Below, piece after piece: positions 50,332 to 59,040 of a stretch of 61,991 nucleotides of DNA. The stretch's first letter is position 1; every line of letters starts with the position of its first letter. The stretch is from Candidatus Cloacimonadota bacterium (GTDB lineage Bacteria > Cloacimonadota > Cloacimonadia > JGIOTU-2), in NCBI GenBank assembly GCA_034722995.1, contig JAYEOL010000032.1:1-61991 (forward strand), read 5' to 3'. The notes below the pieces were generated by a model, which was given only the letters and a program-made list of their open reading frames with translations, had not been told where the DNA came from and did no database searches. The position numbers and the translations under genes are program-made.

Positions 50332-50342
50332 TGGAGGAATAA

Positions 50343-50810
50343 ATGCCAAAACCGAAGATAGCTTTTTATTGGTGTGCTTCTTGCGGTGGATGTGAAGAAG
50401 CCATAATTGACTTAAATGAAGATATACTTAAAGTAGCTGATTCAGTTAATATTGTCTTCTGGCCCTGCGCTATGGATTTCAAATATGCTGATGTACGAAA
50501 AATGAAAAAAGATGAAATAGATGTCACATTCATAAATGGAGCTATTCGCACAGATGAACAAGAAGAAATGGCAAAACTACTTAGAGAAAAATCAAAAATA
50601 ATTGTATCTTTTGGAGCTTGTTCACAATTAGGAGGAATCCCAGGATTAGCTAATTTTTGGGATAGAGAAACCATATTTAATTCTTCTTATGGCAAGAATT
50701 GTCCCTCTATTGATAATCCAGAAGGAATCACACCTCAGACAGTTTCAAAAGTGCCTGAAGGGGAATTAACCTTGCCTGCCTTTCATAACACAGTAAAGAC
50801 TACTGACTAG
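50343..50810 (+). CDS. mvhG: [NiFe] hydrogenase small subunit (MvhG-like), N-terminal part ending at an in-frame TAG
   Basis: FYWCASCGGCEEAIIDL, WPCAMD, GACSQLGGIPG. The TAG at 50808-50810 is in frame with the next ORF. Confidence 0.75.
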   Translation: MPKPKIAFYWCASCGGCEEAIIDLNEDILKVADSVNIVFWPCAMDFKYADVRKMKKDEIDVTFINGAIRTDEQEEMAKLLREKSKIIVSFGACSQLGGIPGLANFWDRETIFNSSYGKNCPSIDNPEGITPQTVSKVPEGELTLPAFHNTVKTTD

Positions 50811-50819
50811 GTTATTGAT

Positions 50820-51344
50820 GTGGATTATTATCTTCCAGGTTGTTCTCCAGCCCCATACTTAACGATGAAAGCTATCAATACAATTTTATCTGGTGAATTA
50901 CCTCCAAAAGGCACAGTCCTTGCTCCAAATAAAGCTTTATGTGAAACTTGCTCTCTTAATGAAACCAAGCCGGAAAAATTATCAATAGAAAAGATAAATA
51001 GAATTTCTCTTGTTGAGGCAGACCCGGAAAAATGCTTCCTTGCACAAGGAATTATTTGTATGGGACCAGTAACTCGCTCTGGATGCAGCGAAGAGGGAGA
51101 TGGCAGATGCATTAAAGCTAATATGTCCTGTCGTGGATGTTACGGACCAATCTCTGAGGTAAAAGATGTAGGTGCCAAGATGATTTCTGCTCTTGCCTCT
51201 ATTCTCGGTCTTGAGGGTGAAGAAAATATGAGCGAGGAAGAAGTAGAAAAACTAATGTCCCAAGTTGTTGACCCAGCTGGTACTTTCTATCGCTTTTCTT
51301 TGTCAAAATCACTGTTGATGAGGAAAAGGAATGATAAACATTGA
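50820..51344 (+). CDS. mvhG: [NiFe] hydrogenase small subunit (MvhG-like), C-terminal part
   Basis: The same frame continues directly from codon 50811 (VIDVDYYLPGCSP...). Distal and medial cluster cysteines: CETC, CMGPVTRSGC, CRGCYGP. No RBS upstream of the GTG at 50820. Confidence 0.7.
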   Translation: MDYYLPGCSPAPYLTMKAINTILSGELPPKGTVLAPNKALCETCSLNETKPEKLSIEKINRISLVEADPEKCFLAQGIICMGPVTRSGCSEEGDGRCIKANMSCRGCYGPISEVKDVGAKMISALASILGLEGEENMSEEEVEKLMSQVVDPAGTFYRFSLSKSLLMRKRNDKH

Positions 51345-51521
51345 TAGAAGAAAAACGAAAAATAGTCTAATAAATAATTCCCCTCCGTCTGGAATTCTGT
51401 CTCCCGATATATCTGGAGACAAGACTGATTAGAGAAGCAAGCCGTAGCCAGAAATGAAGTGAAATTATCTATTTTGCATATCTCATATAGTCATTATGAA
51501 AAAAAGGAGAAATAATTAATT

Positions 51522-52982
51522 ATGAAAAAAATATCCATAAATCCAATTACCAGATTAGAGGGACATGGCAAGATTGAAATCTTCCTTGATGATGACGGAA
51601 ATGTTAGTAATGCATATCTGCAAGTACCCGAGTTACGAGGCTTTGAACAATTTTGTATTGGTAGGCCCGTTGAAGAACTGCCAAGAATAACTCCCCGTAT
51701 TTGTGGCGTTTGCCCTATGGCACATCATATGGCATCTACTAAAACTGTTGATGCAGTATATAATATAAAACCAACTCCAACTGCTGTAAAATTACGCAAT
51801 TTAGTTTATGATGCTTATATTATGGAAGACCATCTATTGCACTTCTTCTTTTTAGGGGGACCTGACTTTATTGTAACCCCATCTGCTCCACCGGAAGAAA
51901 GAAATATCCTTGGTGTTATTGGAAAAGTCGGATTAGAAATCGGCACAAAAGTTATTGCCACAAGAAGAAAAATCAGGGAAATTGTAACTCATCTTTCTGG
52001 CAGAATTATCCATCCAGTTGGAGGACTTCCCGGCGGTGTTTCTAAGAATTTAATTGAAGAAAAAAGAAAAGAATTCCTAAAGTATGCAAAACAAGCATTA
52101 GAATTTGCCCAAGAATCCATTAAAATCTTTAATGATATAGTTCTTAAAAATGATAAATATTTGGATTTGATTGTCGGAGATATTTATAAACATAAGACCT
52201 ATTATATGGGTTTAGTAGACGAAAACAACAAAGTTAATTTCTATGATGGGAAGGTTAGGGTTGTAGACCCAGAAGGCAAGGAAATTCTAAAATTTGAAGC
52301 AAAAGATTATCTAAAATACATTGCAGAACATGTTGAGCCCTGGAGTTATATGAAATTTCCATTTCTTAAAAAAATTGGTTGGAAAGGATTTGTTGATGGG
52401 AAAAATAGCGGTGTGTATCGCGTTGCCCCTCTTGGAAGATTGAATGCCTCTAATGGCATGGCAACTCCTATTGCACAAGTTAAATATGAAAAAATGTATG
52501 ATAAATTAGGCGGAAAACCTGCTCATAATACACTTGCCTTCCATTGGGCAAGATTGATTGAAGTAATCTATGCTGCTGAACATATGGTTGAGTTATTAAA
52601 AGATAAAACTATTACTTCACCAGATATTCGTAATCTTCCTACTGGGGTTCCAAATGAAGGTGTTGGTATAACAGAAGCAGCTCGTGGAACTCTATTCCAT
52701 CATTATAAAACCGATGAAAATGGCATTGTTACTGCCGTTAATCTGCTCGTTGCAACTGTTGCGAATGCAGCTGGAATGTCAATGTCAATTGCAAAAGCGG
52801 CTCAGAAACTTATAAAAAATAGTAAAGTTAATGATGGCTTGCTTAATATGGTAGAAATGGCATTCCGAGCTTATGACCCCTGCCTTGCCTGTGCTACTCA
52901 TTCTTTGCCGGGTAAAACTCCTCTTATTGTGAATATACATAATAATGCTGGGAATATAATAAAAACTATTAGGAGAGACTGA
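51522..52982 (+). CDS. mvhA: [NiFe] hydrogenase large subunit (group 3c / MvhA-like)
   Basis: N-terminal RLEGHGKI and RICGVCPMAHH. C-terminal DPCLACATH followed by a 25-aa cleavable tail. Confidence 0.88.
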   Translation: MKKISINPITRLEGHGKIEIFLDDDGNVSNAYLQVPELRGFEQFCIGRPVEELPRITPRICGVCPMAHHMASTKTVDAVYNIKPTPTAVKLRNLVYDAYIMEDHLLHFFFLGGPDFIVTPSAPPEERNILGVIGKVGLEIGTKVIATRRKIREIVTHLSGRIIHPVGGLPGGVSKNLIEEKRKEFLKYAKQALEFAQESIKIFNDIVLKNDKYLDLIVGDIYKHKTYYMGLVDENNKVNFYDGKVRVVDPEGKEILKFEAKDYLKYIAEHVEPWSYMKFPFLKKIGWKGFVDGKNSGVYRVAPLGRLNASNGMATPIAQVKYEKMYDKLGGKPAHNTLAFHWARLIEVIYAAEHMVELLKDKTITSPDIRNLPTGVPNEGVGITEAARGTLFHHYKTDENGIVTAVNLLVATVANAAGMSMSIAKAAQKLIKNSKVNDGLLNMVEMAFRAYDPCLACATHSLPGKTPLIVNIHNNAGNIIKTIRRD

Positions 52983-52987
52983 AATTC

Positions 52988-53224
52988 GCCACTGTCAGGG
53001 AATGGCCCCTGACGGCTCCTTTTTACTGTCCACTTGTCTGGGCGTAGCCCGTCTTGGCTCGGGCCAAGCCGAGACAGGCCATCCGAAGCACGGCAGAGTC
53101 GTCACGGACCATTCCGTGACGAAAGCCCAATTCTATATTTTTCCACATATTTTGTCCGAAGGATCTGCCCGCCAGAGGCGGATCTGTCCTCCGAAGGAGG
53201 ATCTGCCTTCGGCATGACCTTTGG
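52988..53224. repeat. composite array of GC-rich hairpin modules
   Basis: Contains inverted copies of modules also present at 15342-15413 (gtcacggaatggtccgtgrcg; gagccgtcaggg..ccctgac), 14719-14745 (gtcttggctnggccaagcc) and 59041-59105 (GGATC-punctuated hairpins). Confidence 0.75.
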
Positions 53225-53300
53225 CATGAAAAGAGAACCTAAACTTTAAATTATCCTCCAAAGGAGGATCCACCTTTGGCGGAAAAATTATTAATTTTGT

Positions 53301-53753
53301 ATGAAGACACTATTTCTTGGACTTGGCAATCCGATTCTTACTGATGATGGAGTCGGAATTCGTATCGCAAAAGAAATTGGAGAAAAATGTAAAAATGTTG
53401 ATGTGGCTGAAGCAAGTGCGGCTGGTTTTAGAATTATAGATGAAATTATTGGCTATGACAGATTAATAATTATTGATTCAATAAAAACTGGCAAAGCAAG
53501 ACCTGGAACTCTTCATAAATTTTTAGTAAACGATTTTGCAAAAACTCTCCATCTTTCAACTCCTCATGATATTAGCCTTTTTGAAGCTTTTAAAGTAGTG
53601 AGAAAAGAAAATGTAAAACTCCCCTCACAAATTGAAATCTATGCTATGGAAGTGGAAGACACCTCAACCTTTTCTGAGAAGTGCACAGAACTTGTTGAAT
53701 CTGCAATTCCAAAAACCGTTCAACAAATTATGAAAGAGCAAAATCTGACATAA
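53301..53753 (+). CDS. hydrogenase maturation endopeptidase (HybD/FrhD family)
   Basis: LFLGLGNPILTDDGVG ... IIIDS ... HD. Confidence 0.8.
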   Translation: MKTLFLGLGNPILTDDGVGIRIAKEIGEKCKNVDVAEASAAGFRIIDEIIGYDRLIIIDSIKTGKARPGTLHKFLVNDFAKTLHLSTPHDISLFEAFKVVRKENVKLPSQIEIYAMEVEDTSTFSEKCTELVESAIPKTVQQIMKEQNLT

Positions 53754-53835
53754 AACTGAATTACTGATTTTAAATTTTTTATAATAGATGCAAAATTTGA
53801 CATAAAATAACAAGAAATTTTTTTAGGAATTTAGT

Positions 53836-53911
53836 GGGGCTGTAGCTCAGTTGGGAGAGCATTTGTCTGGCAGACAAAAGGTCACGGGTTCGAGCCCCGT
53901 TAGCTCCACCA
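53836..53911 (+). tRNA. tRNA-Ala (GGC)
   Basis: ggggctgtagctcagttgggagagcatttgtctggcagacaaa...tagctccacca. G3:U70 pair present, anticodon loop CTGGCAG. Confidence 0.9.
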
Positions 53912-54092
53912 TCTTTCGCACATTTATTTCATAAATGAGCTTCAGATGGCAAGCCATATTTTTTTTATTCATTCCATTGAAGTCTAAATTCAATTATTCA
54001 GGGTGAAAGATGTCTTCCGTAGTCTATATTCTCTATATCAATGCTCCAGCGTAGAATAAGTTGACGGAGGAAGACACTATTAGTTAAAAATA

Positions 54093-54332
54093 ATGTATTA
54101 TACTTACATAATTGAAAGTAAAACAGTCCCAACTAAAAAGTATATTGGCTATACCTCTGATTTGAAGAAACGATTAAATGCTCACAATTCAGGAAATTGT
54201 AAATTCACATCAAAATATAAACCCTGGAAAATTAATACTTATATCGCTTTCATTGATAGAGAAAAAGCTATGAAATTTGAGAAGTATCTTAAATCTGGTT
54301 CAGGACATGCCTTTACAAAAAAACATTTCTAA
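54093..54332 (+). CDS. GIY-YIG (URI-domain) nuclease-family small protein
   Basis: MYYTYIIES...KKYIGYTSDLKKRLNAHNSG...EKAMKFEKYLKSGSG. Confidence 0.8.
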   Translation: MYYTYIIESKTVPTKKYIGYTSDLKKRLNAHNSGNCKFTSKYKPWKINTYIAFIDREKAMKFEKYLKSGSGHAFTKKHF

Positions 54333-54720
54333 ATGAAATTAAAATAAAACATCCCTTTAAAACCAGCCTCTCCGCTGTCATTCCATATAATTTGGGAATG
54401 CATTTGATTTCATGCTTTTTCTAGCAATCTGGGTTTTGCCATAAACCTACAGTGTTTTTATTGACAAAAAATTCTATAAAATATTTCTTTATTTTAAATC
54501 TCTTATGCTTCATAATTAGAATAGGATTTGGAGATATTGATAATAATAACTTAATGAAAAATACATGTCCCCGATACATCGGGAGACAAAGGAGAACGAA
54601 TCCCGATTTATCGGGATGAGTCAGAGTTATCAAATTTTCTCTGTGTTCTCTGTGTCCCCGCCTGCCAAAGCCTTGTGCGGCGGGCAGGTCTGCGGTGAAG
54701 ATTTTCAATGAAGAATAACT

Positions 54721-57462
54721 ATGGACAAAAACACAGCAAAACAACAAATCGCCAAACTAATTGATAAATACAAACGACTTTTAGAAGCAGGTAAGGTCAA
54801 ATCATATAACGAAGCTCAAACTCGTAATGAATTTATTGAGCCTTTTTTTCAGTTTTTGGGCTGGGATATGCGAAACCTTGAATACGAAAACGAGGTTACC
54901 ACTGAGGAAAATGTTTCAAAAGGAAGGGTTGACCTCGCCTTTAAAATAAACAACATTCCAGTAATGTTTTTAGAAGCAAAGGCTTTAAAGATTGACCTTG
55001 ATGAATGGAAATGGGCAGAACAAGCTATTAACTACAGTTGGAACAAAAGTGTAACCTGGGCAGTGCTTACAGACTTTGAAGGTATCAAGATTTTCAATGC
55101 GGAGATACCACCCAAAGGACTTTCTGATAACCTCTTTTTTGAACTTTCCTGGCAAAATTATTTAGATAGATTTAACCAACTCTATCTTTTATCAAAAGAA
55201 AGCTTTGAGCAAGGATTACTCTCCAAAGAAGCGGAAAAATGGGGTAAACTCATAAAAAGAAAGCAGGTTGGTGAAAAACTCTTTGAAGATCTAACTAATT
55301 GGCGTGGATGCCTTACCAAACAGTTTAAAAAGAAAAATGAACTCACAGAAGAAGAATTAGACGAAGGTGTGCAGAGAATCATTGACCGTTTAATTTTTAT
55401 CCGAACTGCAGAAGACCGAAACATAGAACCAAATATTTTGCTTTCTCTTCTAAGAGGTTGGAAAAGTTCTGGAAAGAAAAAAAGCCTATATAAACAACTT
55501 GTAAAAATCTTCCACAAATTTGATGACGGCTACAACTCAAAACTGTTTGCTCCCCATTACAGTGAAAAATGGGAAGCAGATGACAAAGTGTTTATTGATA
55601 TTATTCAAGGACTTTACAAAACAAAAGATGGCTATAGATATGATTTTTCTGCTATTTCTGCTGATGTGTTGGGTGGCATTTACGAGCAGTATTTAGGATA
55701 TGTGCTGAAAAAAGTAAAAAAGAAATCAGCAGCAGAGGCAAAGCGAGCAAAACGAAAATCTCAAGGAATTTTTTACACGCCAAAATATATTGTGGATTCC
55801 ATCGTTACGCAAACACTGGGCGAAGTTTTACGAAAAACAAAGAGAAAGGATATTCCGAAAATCAAGGTGCTTGACCCTGCTTGCGGTTCTGGCTCTTTTT
55901 TGATTGCCGCTTATGACAAAATTCTGGAAACATTAGAAAAACAAAATCCACAAATTAGTTTGTTTACCAAGTTTGATATTTTGAAAGATAACATCTACGG
56001 TGTTGATTTAGACGAGCAAGCAGTAGAAATTGCCCAGCTTAATTTGCTTTTAAAAGTCCTTACTCAAAGGGCAAAACTGCCGACTTTGCAGCACAATATT
56101 CGTATGGGAAACTCTCTGGTATCTGGCAATGCAGAAAGTCTTGAGCCGTATTTTGGCGAGAAATGGCAGAAGCAAAAACCATTTAATTGGAATGAGAAAT
56201 TTAAAGAGGTATTTTTACCTACCAAAGTTTCAACAAAGGCAGATGAACAAGGTGGTTTTGATGTGGTAATAGGGAATCCACCGTATATATTTGCTCGCGG
56301 TAAAAGTTTCTCCAATCAAGTAAAAAAATACTATTATGACCAGTATGAACTTGCTGAATATCAGCTTAATACTTATCTTTTGTTTATTAATCGGTCATAT
56401 AAATTGCTAAAAGATGGTGGATATTTTGGCTTCATTATTCCAAATACATGGCTGACGATTGATACTTTTTCAAATTTAAGAAAATTCCTGCTTGAACAAA
56501 CTGGAAGTCTTCAAATAATAAACATTTACGACAAAGTATTTCAAGATGCAAATGTTGATAATTGTTTGTTGATTTTCAAGAAAGGCAGACGAAGCAAAGT
56601 TACTCTCGGTGAATTTAGAGAAGGAAAACTTGAAATTGTGGGGAAATTCTTGCCAGATCTTTTTAGGAGCAATAATCACATTATCAACATTTCTTTAGCT
56701 AAAAATAAAGAAAAGATGAAGATTTTGAAAAAGATTGAAAAGAAATCAAAGCAGTTGAGCCTTTATTCAACAGTTAAAGCTGGGTTAAAAGCCTATGAAA
56801 CAGGAAAGGGAAATCCTGTTCAAACGGATAAAATGAAAAATAATAGAATTTATCATAGCAAAGAAAAAGTTGATGAAAGTTATGTTAAATATCTTGAGGG
56901 ACGAGATGTTAAACGTTATCAGATTAGTTGGAGCGGTTGGTGGTTGAAATATGGAAAATGTTTAGCAGCACAAAGAAAAGAAGAATTGTTTACAACTCCA
57001 CGCATTTTAGTGCGACAAATACCTTCTCCTCCTCCTTATTCTATCAATGCCGTTTATACAGAAAAATATTTATTAAACGACATTAACAGCATGATTATTT
57101 TTAAATTTGTGAATGTTGAGCCTTTGTTTATTTTAGCAGTTCTGAACTCTCGTGTTACAACCTTTTGGTTTACAAACACTTTTGATAAATTCCAGCGTAA
57201 AACATTTCCTCAATTTAAAGTTAAAGAGCTTGCGATATTCCCAATTCCACAAGCCAGTAAGAACGAGCAAGAAGAAGTTGCCAAGAAATCACAACAAATG
57301 CTTAATCTCAATAAAGAATTGCAAGCAACTTCAGAAAATACAGATAAGTGGAATCGGCTAAAAGAGAAAATAGAAAGGCTTGACCAAAAAATTGACCAAG
57401 AAGTTTATAAACTTTATGGACTTACTAGAGAAGAAATCAAAATAATTGAGCAGGAAAGATGA
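54721..57462 (+). CDS. Type IIG restriction endonuclease / N6-adenine DNA methyltransferase fusion
   Basis: N-terminal HsdR_N-like PD-(D/E)xK (NEAQTRNEFIEPFFQFLGW...VDLAF...FLEAKAL). Motif I VLDPACGSGSFLIAA. Motif IV VIGNPPYI. C-terminal TRD-like region. Confidence 0.8.
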   Translation: MDKNTAKQQIAKLIDKYKRLLEAGKVKSYNEAQTRNEFIEPFFQFLGWDMRNLEYENEVTTEENVSKGRVDLAFKINNIPVMFLEAKALKIDLDEWKWAEQAINYSWNKSVTWAVLTDFEGIKIFNAEIPPKGLSDNLFFELSWQNYLDRFNQLYLLSKESFEQGLLSKEAEKWGKLIKRKQVGEKLFEDLTNWRGCLTKQFKKKNELTEEELDEGVQRIIDRLIFIRTAEDRNIEPNILLSLLRGWKSSGKKKSLYKQLVKIFHKFDDGYNSKLFAPHYSEKWEADDKVFIDIIQGLYKTKDGYRYDFSAISADVLGGIYEQYLGYVLKKVKKKSAAEAKRAKRKSQGIFYTPKYIVDSIVTQTLGEVLRKTKRKDIPKIKVLDPACGSGSFLIAAYDKILETLEKQNPQISLFTKFDILKDNIYGVDLDEQAVEIAQLNLLLKVLTQRAKLPTLQHNIRMGNSLVSGNAESLEPYFGEKWQKQKPFNWNEKFKEVFLPTKVSTKADEQGGFDVVIGNPPYIFARGKSFSNQVKKYYYDQYELAEYQLNTYLLFINRSYKLLKDGGYFGFIIPNTWLTIDTFSNLRKFLLEQTGSLQIINIYDKVFQDANVDNCLLIFKKGRRSKVTLGEFREGKLEIVGKFLPDLFRSNNHIINISLAKNKEKMKILKKIEKKSKQLSLYSTVKAGLKAYETGKGNPVQTDKMKNNRIYHSKEKVDESYVKYLEGRDVKRYQISWSGWWLKYGKCLAAQRKEELFTTPRILVRQIPSPPPYSINAVYTEKYLLNDINSMIIFKFVNVEPLFILAVLNSRVTTFWFTNTFDKFQRKTFPQFKVKELAIFPIPQASKNEQEEVAKKSQQMLNLNKELQATSENTDKWNRLKEKIERLDQKIDQEVYKLYGLTREEIKIIEQER

Positions 57463-57500
57463 AAAAAAATCTGCGTTCTCAATATAATTAAAAGTAATAA

Positions 57501-57848
57501 ATGGATAAATCAGAAACCAAAAAGTCTCAATTCAAAGAATTGAAAAGAATAATTATTTTCGCATCAGCCTGCATAGCAATTTATACTTCTTGTTTTGGTA
57601 TTTTGTTTGCATTAAAAGTACCAACGAAAAATTGTTTATTATTGCCTTTAATTCCAATAATATCAATCTTAACATTTTATTATCTCACTAAAATTATAAT
57701 TTATTTTATTGAAGAAATCAATGAACCTATTGGTGTGCGTTATACAAATAAAAAAGGTGAAACCAAACTTTTAAAACCAATTCCTTTATTTTTCTTTTGG
57801 TTAAAATATAAAATTAAGTATAAACTTAAACGTAAATCAAAAGTGTAG
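57501..57848 (+). CDS. hypothetical small membrane protein
   Basis: 115 aa with two predicted TM helices and a lysine-rich tail. Very AT-rich. Confidence 0.5.
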   Translation: MDKSETKKSQFKELKRIIIFASACIAIYTSCFGILFALKVPTKNCLLLPLIPIISILTFYYLTKIIIYFIEEINEPIGVRYTNKKGETKLLKPIPLFFFWLKYKIKYKLKRKSKV

Positions 57849-58035
57849 TTGCCTATTAAATACTCTGAAACTAGCGGTACTTCGTTTGAGGTCATTTTTT
57901 GGTTTTTAGCTAATTTTAGTTTTTTACTTTTGTTTGACCAGATGTTTTAGAATAGCACCTTAGCATATGGTTAGATATACAAATAGATAAATTCGCTATA
58001 GGGTTTGTTGTCTTTTAATTGGAGACTTTAATTGA

Positions 58036-58710
58036 ATGAATAGATTAATTATTCTTGGTATATTTATACTTATTTTTTTAATTGGTTTAGTAAAGCTATT
58101 ACACACAAAAATAAAATTGACTGAACAATCCCGTTTTGCAGAAGAATTTTTAAATAAATTTCGAGAATATTTATCTAGCAGTGGCAAAGACACTAAAACA
58201 TATGGATGGTTAATACATAGATCATCTAAAGCACAATCTGAAATGGGAACAGTTGCTGTGTTAAAAATTTACAGACCACCATATCAAAACTTTGCAATAA
58301 AAAATTATCAGATTATTCTAGATATGATATCTGACCTAAGATATGCATTTGAGAATATGACATTTAATTCAAAAATGGTAAGCCTTTACGGGGACACAAT
58401 TCAAGAAGCAATTATTCGATATTTGGGTATTTTAGATGATAAATACAATGATCATATGAAATCCTTAAAAAATCCTATCATCTGGTTTAGAGAAGGTATC
58501 CAAACAATAGTCATTTTCCCCATCACTTTACTACATTGGTTCGGACTATTTAATAAATCGACATTAAATTCTCTTTCAGATAATTTTATTTTTAAGGCTT
58601 TCTCAGTATTAATTGCATTTATTGAATTTTTTGGTTCTATTATTTCAATAATACTGGGTTGGGAAGAATTTCTGAAATTAATAAAATCCTTATTACATAT
58701 TGGTGCCTAA
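58036..58710 (+). CDS. hypothetical membrane protein (N-terminal TM, soluble middle, C-terminal TM pair)
   Basis: 224 aa. No recognisable motif. Confidence 0.55.
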   Translation: MNRLIILGIFILIFLIGLVKLLHTKIKLTEQSRFAEEFLNKFREYLSSSGKDTKTYGWLIHRSSKAQSEMGTVAVLKIYRPPYQNFAIKNYQIILDMISDLRYAFENMTFNSKMVSLYGDTIQEAIIRYLGILDDKYNDHMKSLKNPIIWFREGIQTIVIFPITLLHWFGLFNKSTLNSLSDNFIFKAFSVLIAFIEFFGSIISIILGWEEFLKLIKSLLHIGA

Positions 58711-58829
58711 AATACTTCAGGCTGGTTCAAGTTTATAGCTTGTCAAACCTGTGGCATCATGCCAGCGGCAGATCCCGACTTGTCGGGAGACCTTAAGAAA
58801 TTTTTTATATTATAGAAATAATAATAGAT

Positions 58830-59015
58830 CATATAAAAAATGAAATATATTTCTCAACCCTATACACCAAAGTATACAAAACTGTTAACTTTGGTGCATA
58901 TAAATGAGAATAATCTGTTTAGAAAACGATATAAAAATGAAATATATTTATTTATCTTATAAACTAAACATAACAAAATTGTTAAGGATGGTGCATTAAA
59001 ATGAGAATATCACTT
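58830..59015. repeat. tandem ~97-bp duplication
   Basis: atataaaaa(a)tgaaatatattt ... ttgttaa..tggtgcat.taaa.tgagaata occurs twice, with starts near 58831 and 58928. Confidence 0.7.
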
Positions 59016-59040
59016 ATAGAAGAGCTTGCTAAAATCATGC

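Noticed and set aside
50808-50810. Genome-wide TAG reassignment or pyrrolysine as the explanation for the amber codon in mvhG.
   Set aside because: TAG plausibly terminates several intact genes in this same window: the fumarase beta subunit (38556-38558), hdrA (47111-47113), the frdB-like gene (47885-47887) and korD (18751-18753, reverse complement). No pyl genes are visible. Local readthrough or a sequencing error cannot be excluded.
53002-53249. Two overlapping 71-aa ORFs downstream of mvhA.
   Set aside because: They are composed entirely of the GC-rich hairpin modules (translations such as ICPPKEDLPSA and RICPPEADLSSEGGSAFG). They have no RBS. The same modules occur in both orientations elsewhere.
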